64,000 bases of DNA from Pseudobdellovibrionaceae bacterium (GTDB lineage: Bacteria; Bdellovibrionota; Bdellovibrionia; Bdellovibrionales; JAMPXM01): the NCBI GenBank assembly GCA_021463345.1, contig JAJTYM010000002.1:99646-163645 (forward strand), read 5' to 3'. A program made the translations under genes and the position numbers. Numbering within the stretch: the stretch's first letter is position 1; the number at the start of each line of letters is the position of its first letter. Under the pieces are notes generated by a model. The model was not told where the DNA came from and made no database searches. It was given only the letters and a program-made list of their open reading frames with translations. Shown here piece by piece: positions 9,825 to 19,954 of this stretch.

Positions 9825-10040
9825 ATGCATGGTGTGGGCGAGCAGTTGCTGATCGACGTCGCGACGGCGACGGGTTTGCCGGAAGAATTGGTCACAAGGG
9901 AGCTCGGAAAGCTCATAAAAAAAGCGGGCCTGGACCCAGCCCGCTTGACGCTCGAGGAGCTTCGGCAAGTGCTAGCCGAGTACGTGCAGGACGTGCTCCT
10001 CGCGGCGAAAACCGAATTGGCCTCCGCCTCCGGCGAATAA
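9825..10040 (+). CDS. Small hypothetical protein (about 70 aa)
   Basis: This is the only plausible ORF in the dnaB-rplI gap. It has good third-position GC bias and an AAGGA near the ATG at 9825 and the GTG at 9834. I recognise no family. Confidence 0.4.
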   Translation: MHGVGEQLLIDVATATGLPEELVTRELGKLIKKAGLDPARLTLEELRQVLAEYVQDVLLAAKTELASASGE

Positions 10041-10051
10041 TTCTCCCGCCG

Positions 10052-10495
10052 TTACTGGCGTTCGACCGAAACGGTGACTTCGGCTTCGAGGCCGTCGCCA
10101 AGTTTCACGATCGCTTTGTGTTGACCGAGCATTTTGATCGGCTCGTCGAGCACGATGTCGCGACGATCGACCGAAAAACCCGCCTTTTCGAACTCATTGC
10201 TGAGATCGTTCGTCGTGACGGCGCCGAACAATTTGTCGGCTTCGCCCGCGGATGCCTTCACGATCAGCTGGACGCCTTGAAGCTTCTTGATCATCTCCTG
10301 ACGTTCGGCGACCGCTTTCTTCTTTTTCACTTCGGCGACCTTGTGCAGATGCTCGAATTCCTTCACCCGCTTCTCCGTCGCTTCCATGGCGAGCAGGCGC
10401 GGAAACAGGTAGTTCCGGGCGAAACCCGGCGTGACACTGACGAGATCGCCGACTTTTCCCAAGTTCTTCACGTCTTTTTGCAAAATGACTTTCAT
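10052..10495 (-). CDS. rplI: 50S ribosomal protein L9
   Basis: MKVILQKDVKNLGKVGDLVSVTPGFARNYLFPR is the canonical L9 N-terminus. Confidence 0.95.
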   Translation of the reverse strand: MKVILQKDVKNLGKVGDLVSVTPGFARNYLFPRLLAMEATEKRVKEFEHLHKVAEVKKKKAVAERQEMIKKLQGVQLIVKASAGEADKLFGAVTTNDLSNEFEKAGFSVDRRDIVLDEPIKMLGQHKAIVKLGDGLEAEVTVSVERQ

Positions 10496-10517
10496 GGCTT
10501 TCCCCAATTCTTAAAGT

Positions 10518-11405
10518 TCAGTAGCTCTTTTTCGCTTCGGTCGTTTTCTTCGCCAGACGCGCGCGGAACTCCAACCAGAAATCCGCGAAACCCAGCAGCG
10601 CGACCAGCAGAAACAGCTGGAACGCGATCATGATGTACCAAAATCCCTGCCAAATCGGGCCCAAACGGATCGCTCGGAAGAAGCTCACGACGACCGCTAG
10701 GCCCTGCAAGAAGTAGATCACCACCAGCACGTTGAGCGCGTTGAGCGCCAGCGCCTCCGCCCACGGGTGACCATGCTGCAGGAACGCGCCGAGGATCGCA
10801 GCCATCGTGAGCCACACGAAGACGTCGGGAACCCGGAACGCGCTCAATGCCGCACTCGTCTTCTGGGGACGCGGCAAGCGGAACCACGAATAACCGCGCC
10901 GCTCCCAAATCAACGCGGCCGCCAACGAAAGCACCAACATCACGAGCGCCGCGGACGGCGTCTGCTGCACGAGCGCGTCGACGTTGACGCTCGTTTGCGG
11001 ATTGACGGCCGTCACCCGGTCCACCCACTCGCCCATCTGCGTTTTCAGCAGAGCGATCAGATCGACTTTCGCGTAGCGGAGCCAACCGGTCAGGGCCACG
11101 GCGCCGACGCCCGCCGTGACGGTGATCGCGAGCAGGCCTGCCCCAAAGACGGTCGTCGCATGCCCCTCGAATTCCGAATACGAACCAACCAACACCGCGA
11201 ACAGCGCGTACGCGACCGCGAACGGCGCGAGTCCCGCGGCGAACAAACCCGCGGCGACGATGGCGTGGCCGGCCCAGAACGGAACGCGTCCGTACGCGCG
11301 GCGTACGAGCAGCATCGGCACCGCGCCCAGCACGATGGTGAGGACGGTGAAAGCCGCTCCGCTCGTCATCAGAATGAGGTATTTGGCAAACGAAGGCTTG
11401 CGCAC
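10518..11405 (-). CDS. Polytopic membrane protein, DUF2232/YybS-like
   Basis: The 295-aa product has multiple hydrophobic helices. It lies between rpsF and rplI, the position of yybS in Firmicutes. Confidence 0.6.
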   Translation of the reverse strand: MRKPSFAKYLILMTSGAAFTVLTIVLGAVPMLLVRRAYGRVPFWAGHAIVAAGLFAAGLAPFAVAYALFAVLVGSYSEFEGHATTVFGAGLLAITVTAGVGAVALTGWLRYAKVDLIALLKTQMGEWVDRVTAVNPQTSVNVDALVQQTPSAALVMLVLSLAAALIWERRGYSWFRLPRPQKTSAALSAFRVPDVFVWLTMAAILGAFLQHGHPWAEALALNALNVLVVIYFLQGLAVVVSFFRAIRLGPIWQGFWYIMIAFQLFLLVALLGFADFWLEFRARLAKKTTEAKKSY

Positions 11406-11413
11406 GGCCCGAC

Positions 11414-11953
11414 TCAGCCCTCGTCGCTTTCTTCGCCGCCAACGTCTTCGTTGCGCTCAGCGCGGCGGAAGCCACCGCCGCCGCCCTCGTCCCGACGGAA
11501 GCCGCCGCCGTCGTCGCGACGCGGGCCACGCGACCCTTGAGCGGCGCGACGGGCTTGGAATTTGGCTTCGCGTTCACGCTCCCGCGCGGCGCTTTCGGCC
11601 AAAGCCTTTTTGAAGTTTTCAAGGTGAGTATTGAGGTCAGTGCCATCCTCGAGGCGCGCATGCATGAAACGGACGACGCGGTCGTTGATGCGCATCGTGC
11701 GCTCGAGTTCCGCGACCGCTTCCGGCTTCGCCTGGAAGGTCGTATGGAAATAGATGGCTTTTTTCATGCCGTCGATCGGGTTGGCCAGCGTGCGCTTCCC
11801 CCACGTATCGAGGTGCTTCACTTCACCGGCGAAGTTCTCGATGATCGACTTGTTACGGCGAAACAGAGCTTTTTGCTCATCTTCGCTGGAATCGGCATGC
11901 ATCATGATAACGCCCTCGTACGGGCGCAGATTCACGCGCTCGGTCAGTTGCAT
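11414..11953 (-). CDS. rpsF: 30S ribosomal protein S6 with a long Arg/Gly/acidic C-terminal tail
   Basis: The S6 core is MQLTERVNLRPYEGVIMMHADSSEDEQKALF...WGKRTLANPI. It is followed by roughly 60-70 aa of low-complexity sequence (GGGFRRDEGGGGGFRRAERNEDVGGEESDEG). Confidence 0.85.
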   Translation of the reverse strand: MQLTERVNLRPYEGVIMMHADSSEDEQKALFRRNKSIIENFAGEVKHLDTWGKRTLANPIDGMKKAIYFHTTFQAKPEAVAELERTMRINDRVVRFMHARLEDGTDLNTHLENFKKALAESAAREREREAKFQARRAAQGSRGPRRDDGGGFRRDEGGGGGFRRAERNEDVGGEESDEG

Positions 11954-12113
11954 TCGACATCCTTTCGGTTTTAACAGCCCCAAAGGCCAGTGGGCCTGGA
12001 GCAAGGATTATGTGGTGGTCAAAAACCTCGTCGGGTTTACCATGAGTTGACGCACTCGACAAGCGACCCGCCGTTGTATTCGCCTGGTGAAAAGCGCGAT
12101 AATCATAGCGTCT

Positions 12114-12812
12114 ATGCAGTTGTTTTTTGAGATCACCGACGGTGATCGCCAAGGCGCTCGATTTCAAATCAAACCGGGGCTGAGTATCGGTCGCCGCAAT
12201 GCCGATATTTTATTGCGGGATTCGAAGGTTTCAAGCCGCCATGCAATCATCGAAAGTCGTGAGAATGACTCGCTTTATTTGGTCGATAAAGGCTCTTCGA
12301 ATGGCTTGAAAATCGACGGGCAAAAGGTGCCTGACGTTCTTTTGGTGCCAGGCGTCAAAGTCCAGCTTGGGCGCACTTTCTTGCAAGTCATCGACATGGA
12401 AGTCGCCGCCATCGATCTAGGAGCCGAGGTCATCGAAACGTGGCCTGAGGCCCTTCAGCGAATCGTCTTGCTCGCCAAAACCAAAAGCAAACCGGAAAAG
12501 CGCGAAGTCACCGCTTTCAACCCCATGGTGACGCTGAAGTTTTTGCAAGGCCCGCAGACCGGCACCGAATGGAAGCTCGGGTACGGCCCGCGCGCCGTGG
12601 GCTCGGCATCGCTGGACCTGCAACTCGATGACGTTTCGGCCCCTGACGTCTGCTTCGAACTCATCCCCAAGCGCTCCGGCCCGGCTTTTCGAACCGCGCA
12701 CCCGGATCTCGTTAAACTCAACGGACGCGAATTCCGAGAAGAGGACGTATCCGACGGCGACATCATCGAGATACGAAAAACCCGCATCCAAATCCTGCTG
12801 ACGGACGAGTGA
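12114..12812 (+). CDS. FHA-domain protein (canonical N-terminal FHA plus a degenerate second FHA-like half)
   Basis: The N-terminal half is MQLFFEITDGDRQGARFQIKPGLSIGRRNADILLRDSKVSSRHAII...SSNGLKIDG. The C-terminal half repeats the beta-sandwich pattern (TLKFLQGPQTGTEWKLGYG...VKLNGREF...DGDIIEI). Confidence 0.75.
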   Translation: MQLFFEITDGDRQGARFQIKPGLSIGRRNADILLRDSKVSSRHAIIESRENDSLYLVDKGSSNGLKIDGQKVPDVLLVPGVKVQLGRTFLQVIDMEVAAIDLGAEVIETWPEALQRIVLLAKTKSKPEKREVTAFNPMVTLKFLQGPQTGTEWKLGYGPRAVGSASLDLQLDDVSAPDVCFELIPKRSGPAFRTAHPDLVKLNGREFREEDVSDGDIIEIRKTRIQILLTDE

Positions 12813-13699
12813 CGGCTCCGATGAACGACGTGGTCAAGCGCACCGGGACATTCGAAAGCTTCGACGGCACGCCGATTTACTACGAGGTGCGCGGCACCGG
12901 CCGCCCGGTCTTTCTGTGCTACGGGATCGCCTGCCTGATGAACCACTGGACGCATCAGGTGAAGCATTTTTCCACACGCTACCAGACGATCCTCCTCGAC
13001 TATCGCGGGCACCACCGCAGCCCCGTTCCGGAAAACCGCGAGCATATCAACCTTGACGCCCTCTGCCTCGACGTCAAAGGGCTCGCCGACCACCTCGAGA
13101 TCCGCAACGCGAGTTTCTGGGGCCACAGCCTCGGAGTGCAGGTCCTTCTGCGCCTCTACGACATGCACCCGGAGCTGATCGCCAACATGGTGTTCATCAA
13201 CGGCTTCGCCTCCAACCCCATCAAAGGGATGTTCGGCACCGACGCCATCGCCTCGCTGTTCGAAGTCATCAAGGAAGGTTACAAGTTCCTGCCCGACACG
13301 TTCAGCTACCTCTGGCGCTGGGGCGTCGAGAACCCGCTGTCGATCCCGTTGTCGGCCCTCGCGGGCGGTTTCAACCTGAATCTCACCAGCCTCAAGGATA
13401 TCGAAGTCTACGCCCGAGGCGTCGCCTCCATGGACTTGAACGTTTTTATATCGTTGTTCGAACAAATGATGAAATACGACGCGACGCCAGTGCTCGATCG
13501 CGTGAAGGCGCCAACCCTGATCATCAGTGGCAACAAAGACGGAGTGACGCCTCCCCACCATCAGGACGTCATGCATAAGCGCATCAAAGGCAGCCAACTC
13601 CTGCGCGTGCCGTACGGCAGCCATTGCACGCAACTCGACTTACCCGAGTACGTGAATCTGCGCATCGAACGCTTCCTCGACGAACTCGCCTACAAGTGA
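12809..13699 (+). CDS. Alpha/beta-fold hydrolase
   Basis: The nucleophile elbow is GHSLG, with a downstream HCTQLD-type His. The GTG at 12809 overlaps the FHA gene stop. An alternative ATG lies at 12821. Confidence 0.8.
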   Translation: MTAPMNDVVKRTGTFESFDGTPIYYEVRGTGRPVFLCYGIACLMNHWTHQVKHFSTRYQTILLDYRGHHRSPVPENREHINLDALCLDVKGLADHLEIRNASFWGHSLGVQVLLRLYDMHPELIANMVFINGFASNPIKGMFGTDAIASLFEVIKEGYKFLPDTFSYLWRWGVENPLSIPLSALAGGFNLNLTSLKDIEVYARGVASMDLNVFISLFEQMMKYDATPVLDRVKAPTLIISGNKDGVTPPHHQDVMHKRIKGSQLLRVPYGSHCTQLDLPEYVNLRIERFLDELAYK

Positions 13700-13768
13700 C
13701 GCGCGCCTTCGTGCCGAGGCACGCGCCGAACCCGGGCTGGCCGGAAAGGCGTCGAACGCCTTCTCGCC

Positions 13769-15466
13769 CTATTCGAAAACGACTTTGTCGGCCATGAAGC
13801 CGTAGCCGTTGTTCGAACTGTCACTGGTGAATTCCAGGTGAATCGTATCGCCGTCGGCGACGGGGGAATAGTGACCGTCGCGACGCCCGCTCCATGTGCC
13901 GAGCTTCTCACCGGCGGCGTTCGTGAAAACGACTTTGTCGTAACCGGCTTCGGTTTCGAATTGCTTGAAAAACAATGAGACGCGCTTCGCTCCCGGGGCC
14001 CGAACCGTCCATCTCTGCGTCGTGCCTTCGACGTACGGGTGCGCGGTCTCGATGACCTCATCGCGGCTCTCGGTCCACATGGACGGGTCATTCCCATCCG
14101 GCGGCGCCTTGATGTTGACGAGCGCATAGAACGCATCGACGACGCCGGCGCTCGCGACGCGGCCTTTCAGTGCCGAAAGCGGTTTCGAAGTCGAGATGAG
14201 TCGGTGCTTCACCTCGTCGTACGCCATGCGGGGGTTGTACGCGAGCATGAGCGCGACGACGCCGGTCACATGGGGCGTGGCCATGGATGTGCCGGAATAG
14301 GTGTCGGTGCCGCCGGGGACGGTGCTCAGGATGTTGTGGCCTGGAGCCGCGACGTGCACGGATTTAGAGCCGTAGTTGGAGAAATAAGCGAGGTCGCCCC
14401 GATTGTCGACCGCCGCCACCGAGACGACGTTGTCGACGTCGTAGGAGGCTGGGTACGAGGGACGCCGATCGTTGTCCGATGCATCGTTCCCAGCCGCCGC
14501 GACGAAGACGATGCCGGCGCGGCCGGCGCGCCGGATCGTTTCTTTGAGGATCTCGGAATACCCTCCCCCGCCCCAGGAGTTGTTCATCACGTCGACGCCC
14601 ATGGTGACCGCATAGTTGATCGACTTGATGGCGTTGGCCAACGTGCCGCCGCCTTCATTGGCCAAGAATTTGATCCCCATGATGGTGACGTTCCAGTTGA
14701 CGCCGACCAGGCCTTTGCCGTCGTCGCCAGCCGCGCCGATCGTGCCCGCGCAGTGCGTGCCGTGGCCATTGTCATCCATCGGGTCGCCGTCGCCATTGAC
14801 GAAATCGTAGCCGTGGATGTCGTCGATGTAGCCGTTTCCGTCGTCATCGACTCCAGGGAGACCGTTCTTCTCCATTTGGTTGACGAATATGTTCGGAGCG
14901 AGGTCGGGATGGGTGTGATCGACGCCCGTGTCGATGACCGCGACCAGGACGTCTTTCGACCCGGTGGTGATGTCCCAAGCCTTTTCCGCCCCGACATCGA
15001 CGTTGCCCAGGCCACGCATGCCCGCGGAGTCGAGCGCACCGCTGTTCTTGAGGCCCCAAAGCTGCCCGAACCCAGGATCGTTCGGGACTTTATTGAAACG
15101 GTAAATGTAATTGGGCTCCACGCGCGCGATCGCCGAGTTCCGCGAAAGCGCCTTCAGAGCGGCGGCCGGACCGCCATCATGGCTTTTGCGGACAACTACG
15201 ATGTCGTCCTGGACCCTGTCGACGACCGGCGCGCCGATGAGCGAGGAGACCGATCTGATGTTCATATCTCCGATCGGAGCTTTCAACTGCACGACGTACT
15301 CGCCGGGTACCGACTCGAGCCTTGGATTTCTCTTGGACTGGTCTTTGGGCCCGACCGCGAGCGCGACCGAGACGCCGCTGATCACGAGGCCGATCAACAG
15401 CAGCTTCGCCCAACCCGCCCTTGGCATGAGTTCGCTTTTTCCTCCGTGAAAATCGACTCGAGTCAT
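13769..15466 (-). CDS. Secreted subtilisin-family (S8) serine protease with a C-terminal CUB-like domain
   Basis: The catalytic D/H/S contexts are VAVIDTGVD, HGTHCAG and GTSMATPHV. The ATG at 15466 is preceded by AGGAGGTG and followed by a signal/TM segment (AKLLLIGLVISGVSVALA). Confidence 0.9.
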   Translation of the reverse strand: MTRVDFHGGKSELMPRAGWAKLLLIGLVISGVSVALAVGPKDQSKRNPRLESVPGEYVVQLKAPIGDMNIRSVSSLIGAPVVDRVQDDIVVVRKSHDGGPAAALKALSRNSAIARVEPNYIYRFNKVPNDPGFGQLWGLKNSGALDSAGMRGLGNVDVGAEKAWDITTGSKDVLVAVIDTGVDHTHPDLAPNIFVNQMEKNGLPGVDDDGNGYIDDIHGYDFVNGDGDPMDDNGHGTHCAGTIGAAGDDGKGLVGVNWNVTIMGIKFLANEGGGTLANAIKSINYAVTMGVDVMNNSWGGGGYSEILKETIRRAGRAGIVFVAAAGNDASDNDRRPSYPASYDVDNVVSVAAVDNRGDLAYFSNYGSKSVHVAAPGHNILSTVPGGTDTYSGTSMATPHVTGVVALMLAYNPRMAYDEVKHRLISTSKPLSALKGRVASAGVVDAFYALVNIKAPPDGNDPSMWTESRDEVIETAHPYVEGTTQRWTVRAPGAKRVSLFFKQFETEAGYDKVVFTNAAGEKLGTWSGRRDGHYSPVADGDTIHLEFTSDSSNNGYGFMADKVVFE

Positions 15467-15638
15467 AGATGACACCTCCTGGTGGCCCACGAACGCTAAC
15501 GATCCCGTGCACGTACCGCATGTCGCTGCACAGATAAAATTCAAGTGGTTCCAAAATGGTACTCTGCGATTAGGGACCGCCTAACAATGAATCAGACGTC
15601 CCATAAAAAACTGGTTCAAGGGGTAGGTGGTGCGAAGG

Positions 15639-15893
15639 TCAACGCGCTCTGGAAACCGCGCGTTTCGTGGTGGCAGGGATCTCATCGGTTGCGACAAGGT
15701 CGCGAAGATCAAAGCTGAGCTGTCCAGATGCGTTCATGCGGCTTTCGTCCCGCGCCGTTTTCCGCGCGCGCGCCGACAGTGCTTCGACGCCATACGCTTC
15801 ACGGATCAAGTTTCTTAAAAACGCTTCTTGAGCCCCTTGCGGAGCGTTCGGGTTGAATCCCAGTTCCTTCATCAAGTCGCCCAGCTTCTTCAT
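15639..15893 (-). CDS. Small hypothetical protein (84 aa)
   Basis: The ATG at 15893 has GAGGG about 6 nt upstream. The gene is co-oriented with and upstream of the S8 protease gene. I recognise no family. Confidence 0.45.
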   Translation of the reverse strand: MKKLGDLMKELGFNPNAPQGAQEAFLRNLIREAYGVEALSARARKTARDESRMNASGQLSFDLRDLVATDEIPATTKRAVSRAR

Positions 15894-16216
15894 CACAACC
15901 CTCTAGGTTTTGATGTATCGGTGATCGGCTGGATGAACTTGATGATGCGGAAAGCTGTGCTCGGGCGAAGATGTCTTCCTATTTTCTAAGACGCCAAACC
16001 CGAAACGATCGGTTACGGGATCGAATAAATCCCCTGAATGACGCATCTGGCCGACGCCTGATAAAACACAGCCGCCCGCGCTTGAAAGCGTGTCTTGTGG
16101 ACAATCAGGTGGAAATCAAAAAATCCGGTGCTCCGCGAGAACCTTGGTCGAGGCTCGGATCCCGTTCATTGTCAAAACCACTGATTAACGAATGGCGGCA
16201 TCCCAAAGAGAAAATC

Positions 16217-16990
16217 TCAGGTCCGTTTCTTTATGGACGCTTTTGCATACTCTCTATTCATTCTCACGATGTTCTCGAAGCTGATGTCTTTCGGGCAAGC
16301 GACCGCGCACGCACCCGTGTTGCTGCAATTGCCGAAACCAAGTTCCTGCATCTTATCCATCATCGCCAAGACGCGTTCGTTGTGCTCGGATCGCCCCTGC
16401 GGCAATAAAGCGAGATGACCGACTTTGGCTCCGACGAACAGCATCGCCGAACCGTTGGCGCACGCGGCGACGCACGCCCCGCACCCGATGCAGGCCGCGG
16501 CATTGAACGCTTGATCCGCGTCGACTTTCGGGACAGGCAAGGCGTTCGCGTCAGGCGCGTTGCCCGTGTTCACGCTGACGTAACCGCCGACCGCGATGAT
16601 CTCGTCGAAGGACGTGCGATCGACCGACAAGTCTTTGATCACCGGAAAGGCGTTCGCTCGGAACGGCTCCACCACGATCGTGTCGCCGTCGTTGAACTTG
16701 CGCATGTGCAGCTGGCACGTCGCCGTCGAGCGCTCCGGGCCGTGCGGGTTACCGTTGATCACCATCGAGCACGAACCGCATATGCCCTCGCGGCAATCGT
16801 GGTCGAAGGCGATCGGATCCTCGCCCCCCTTGATCAGGCGCTGGTTGACGACATCGAGCATCTCAAGAAAAGACGCGTCCGTGCTGATGCCGGTCGCATC
16901 GTAGTCTTCGAAACGACCGCCGGTCGCGGCGTCTTTCTGACGCCAGACTTTGAGTTTCAGATCGATCGTGCTTTGGGACGCTCCGCCCAT
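16217..16990 (-). CDS. sdhB: Succinate dehydrogenase / fumarate reductase iron-sulfur subunit
   Basis: The protein has the three Fe-S cluster Cys motifs ([32 protein letters not shown]). The start [16 protein letters not shown] at 16990 is preceded by AAGGAG. Confidence 0.9.
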   Translation of the reverse strand: MGGASQSTIDLKLKVWRQKDAATGGRFEDYDATGISTDASFLEMLDVVNQRLIKGGEDPIAFDHDCREGICGSCSMVINGNPHGPERSTATCQLHMRKFNDGDTIVVEPFRANAFPVIKDLSVDRTSFDEIIAVGGYVSVNTGNAPDANALPVPKVDADQAFNAAACIGCGACVAACANGSAMLFVGAKVGHLALLPQGRSEHNERVLAMMDKMQELGFGNCSNTGACAVACPKDISFENIVRMNREYAKASIKKRT

Positions 16991-17064
16991 GGCTCTCAAC
17001 TCCTTGCAAGGCCCGCCCCGCGGGCTCTCCTGATTGGAACGGCTCGCTCCGCGAGCTTTCTTCC

Positions 17065-18984
17065 TTACTTGTAGCTCCGGGTGGCCAATTTCACGTTCTC
17101 GAAGGTGAGCGATTCCTTGTGCAACTCCTGCGGACGGGCATCGCCCTTCCACTCCCAGCCCGCGACGTAGCAGAAATTGGCGTCGTCGCGTTGAGCCTCG
17201 TTGTCGGGCGTTTGGTATTCCTCGCGGAAGTGACCGCCGCACGACTCGTCGCGATGGAGGGCGTCGCGCGCCATGAGCTCTCCGAGCTCAATGAAATCGG
17301 CGACACGGCCCGCTTTTTCCAATTCTTCATTGACCGTGCCCGTCGCCTCGCCCGGGACGCGCAGATCGTTCCAGAATCGCTCTTTGACCTTGCCGATCTT
17401 TTCGATCGCGAGCTTCAGGCCGTCTGAATTGCGCGACATGCCGACATATTCCCACATGATGTGGCCGAGTTCCTTATGGATATCGTCCGCCGTGCAGGAG
17501 CCCTTGATCGACATGAGCTTGGCGACGCGCGCCTCGACGTCGGAACGCGTCGCCTTGAACGCCTCGTGGTCGGTCGTGATCTTCGGCAGGGCGGCGGATG
17601 CGAGATAATGGCCGATCGTATAAGGGATGACGAAATAGCCGTCCGAAAGGCCTTGCATCAGGGCGCTCGCGCCCAAGCGGTTGGCGCCATGGTCGGAGAA
17701 GTTCGCCTCGCCAAGGACATGTAGACCAGGCAAATTGCTCATCAGGTTGTAATCGACCCAAAGCCCGCCCATCGTGTAATGCGAGGCCGGGTAAATCCGC
17801 ATCGGGACCTTATAAGGATTCTCGCCGGTGATTTTCTCGTACATCTGAAACAGGTTGCCGTAGCGCTCGGAGACGACGTGCTCACCAAGACGCTTGATCG
17901 CGTCTCGGAAATCGAGATACACGGCTTGGCCGGATGGGCCGACGCCGCGCCCCTCGTCGACGCGGAATTTCGCCTGGCGCGAGGAGACGTCGCGGGGCGC
18001 GAGGTTGCCGAAGCTCGGGTACACGCGCTCGAGGTAATAGTCGCGTTCATCGTCGGAGATCTGCTCGGGTGAGCGTTTGTCGCCCTTCGATTTCGGCACC
18101 CAGACCCGCCCGTCATTGCGCAACGATTCCGACATGAGCGTCAGCTTCGACTGGTAATCGCCCGAAACCGGAATGCACGTTGGATGGATCTGCGTGAAAC
18201 AGGGGTTGCCGAAATAAGCGCCTTTTTTGTGCGCGCGCCAGATCGCCGTCGCGTTCGACTGTTTCGCGTTCGTCGACAGGTAAAAGACGTTGCCGTAACC
18301 GCCGGTCGCTAGGATCACGCCGTCGCCGGCATGGGACTCGATCTCGCCCGTGCGCAGATTGCGCGTGACGATGCCGCGCGCGGCCCCGTCGATGACGACG
18401 AGCTCGAGCATCTCACGGCGCGTGTAGAGCTGCACGCCACCGGCTTCCACCTGACGCATCATCGCCTGGTAAGCGCCGATCAAAAGCTGCTGGCCTGTCT
18501 GGCCGCGAGCGTAGAACGTGCGCGAAACCTGGGCCCCGCCGAAGGAGCGGTTGGAGAGCGTGCCTCCGTATTCGCGCGCGAAGGGCACGCCCTGCGCCAC
18601 GCACTGATCGATGATGTTCGGCGAAATCTCCGCCAAACGGTGCACGTTGGCTTCGCGAGCGCGAAAGTCGCCGCCTTTGACCGTGTCGTAAAACAAACGG
18701 TGAACCGAATCCCCGTCGTTTTGGTAATTCTTCGCCGCGTTAATGCCGCCTTGCGCCGCGATCGAGTGCGCACGCCGGGGCGATTCGTGGATACAGAACA
18801 CTTTCACGTTGTAGCCGAGCTCGGCAAGCGTCGCCGCGGCCGAAGAGCCCGCCAGACCCGTACCCACCACGATGAGCGTGAACTTCCGCTTATTGGAGGG
18901 ATTGACGAGCTTCATGTTGAATTTGTGGTTCGTCCACTTCTCTTCGATGGATCCGGGCGGAACTTTGCCGTCAAGAATCGCCAT
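17065..18984 (-). CDS. sdhA: Succinate dehydrogenase / fumarate reductase flavoprotein subunit
   Basis: The 639-aa product has an FAD-binding N-terminus ([12 protein letters not shown]) and the HPTC and HYTMGG motifs. Confidence 0.95.
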   Translation of the reverse strand: MAILDGKVPPGSIEEKWTNHKFNMKLVNPSNKRKFTLIVVGTGLAGSSAAATLAELGYNVKVFCIHESPRRAHSIAAQGGINAAKNYQNDGDSVHRLFYDTVKGGDFRAREANVHRLAEISPNIIDQCVAQGVPFAREYGGTLSNRSFGGAQVSRTFYARGQTGQQLLIGAYQAMMRQVEAGGVQLYTRREMLELVVIDGAARGIVTRNLRTGEIESHAGDGVILATGGYGNVFYLSTNAKQSNATAIWRAHKKGAYFGNPCFTQIHPTCIPVSGDYQSKLTLMSESLRNDGRVWVPKSKGDKRSPEQISDDERDYYLERVYPSFGNLAPRDVSSRQAKFRVDEGRGVGPSGQAVYLDFRDAIKRLGEHVVSERYGNLFQMYEKITGENPYKVPMRIYPASHYTMGGLWVDYNLMSNLPGLHVLGEANFSDHGANRLGASALMQGLSDGYFVIPYTIGHYLASAALPKITTDHEAFKATRSDVEARVAKLMSIKGSCTADDIHKELGHIMWEYVGMSRNSDGLKLAIEKIGKVKERFWNDLRVPGEATGTVNEELEKAGRVADFIELGELMARDALHRDESCGGHFREEYQTPDNEAQRDDANFCYVAGWEWKGDARPQELHKESLTFENVKLATRSYK

Positions 18985-18998
18985 TGCGTGTTCCTCTC

Positions 18999-19673
18999 TT
19001 ACCGCGCTTCCGCGAACAGATAGACGTACAGGGGCTGCGAGATGAATCCAGCCGCCACGACGACCGCGTAAACGTAACCGAGCTTACTGAGCCAGTCCGA
19101 ATATTTCGGATGATAGAAGCCGAGCGACGCGAACGCGGAATAGAAGCCATGACTCAGGTGGAAGCCGACTCCGATCATGCACAGAACATAGCCGAAAACG
19201 TACGCTGGGCTCTGGAAAACGTCGACGATCAAACGGTGCAAGTCACGCATCTGCACGCCGTCCACGGTCGTCACGTAGCCCGCCTCGACGCCAGGGCCGT
19301 ACTTGAACGTGATCAGGTGATAGATGATGAAGACGAGGATCAGCGAACCATGGAACGCCATCCATTTCGATTGGAAACGCGCCGCCTTTTCGCCGTTGGT
19401 CGGCATCGCGTACCGTGTTTGGCGGGCCTCGACGTTCTCGAACTTGAGCTTCAGGCCGTAGAACACGTGCGCGAGCAACGTCACGACGAGACCGGCTTCG
19501 GCGAGGTACAATAGCGGATTCGAAGTGAGGGCGTAGCTGTACTTGTTGTACGCGTCGGAGCCCGCGAAAATCAGGAGATTGCCCAGCATGTGCGAAAGAA
19601 CGAAACCGCTCCAGATAAGGCCGGTAAGGCCCATCAGCTGCTTTCGACCGATCGAGGATTTCAGATAATTCAC
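18999..19673 (-). CDS. sdhC: Succinate dehydrogenase cytochrome b subunit, single-polypeptide b558 (Bacillus/type B) class
   Basis: A 224-aa protein with about 5 TM helices and conserved His residues sits directly upstream of sdhA. It has a GTG start. Confidence 0.8.
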   Translation of the reverse strand: MNYLKSSIGRKQLMGLTGLIWSGFVLSHMLGNLLIFAGSDAYNKYSYALTSNPLLYLAEAGLVVTLLAHVFYGLKLKFENVEARQTRYAMPTNGEKAARFQSKWMAFHGSLILVFIIYHLITFKYGPGVEAGYVTTVDGVQMRDLHRLIVDVFQSPAYVFGYVLCMIGVGFHLSHGFYSAFASLGFYHPKYSDWLSKLGYVYAVVVAAGFISQPLYVYLFAEAR

Positions 19674-19954
19674 GATTGACCTCTGCTGACGAAGCGGCCG
19701 CCGGTCAGCCCTCGTCTAAAAGACTCGCCCTGTTCAGAAAACAATTCCCGAATAACTGCTCTAATAACCGGCACTTGACGAAGACCGTTGTACTCCCGCG
19801 TTCGGCCCCTGTCCAACGCTAATCGAAAACCTTTTGAGACGGCGCCTGAGCAACGGCGCATTCTGAAAATCCGCCTCGCATCGCATTTTTCGGATTCGGA
19901 ACCTTTGCCTAGCCGCAGCTTCTTTGCGATAAACGGGGCCGAACGGGGGAGCCA

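Noticed and set aside
13746-13762. A hairpin AAGGCG-tcgaa-CGCCTT between the convergent hydrolase and protease genes, considered as a terminator.
   Set aside because: The stem is only 6 bp and has no flanking T or A run on either strand. This is too weak to call.
15897-16216. A 320-bp gene-free spacer downstream of sdhB, considered as a possible sRNA or riboswitch locus.
   Set aside because: I could find only short, imperfect hairpins and no recognisable RNA family motif, promoter-terminator pair or repeat. It probably holds the sdh terminator and the promoter of the small ORF at 15639-15893. A covariance-model scan would be needed to say more.
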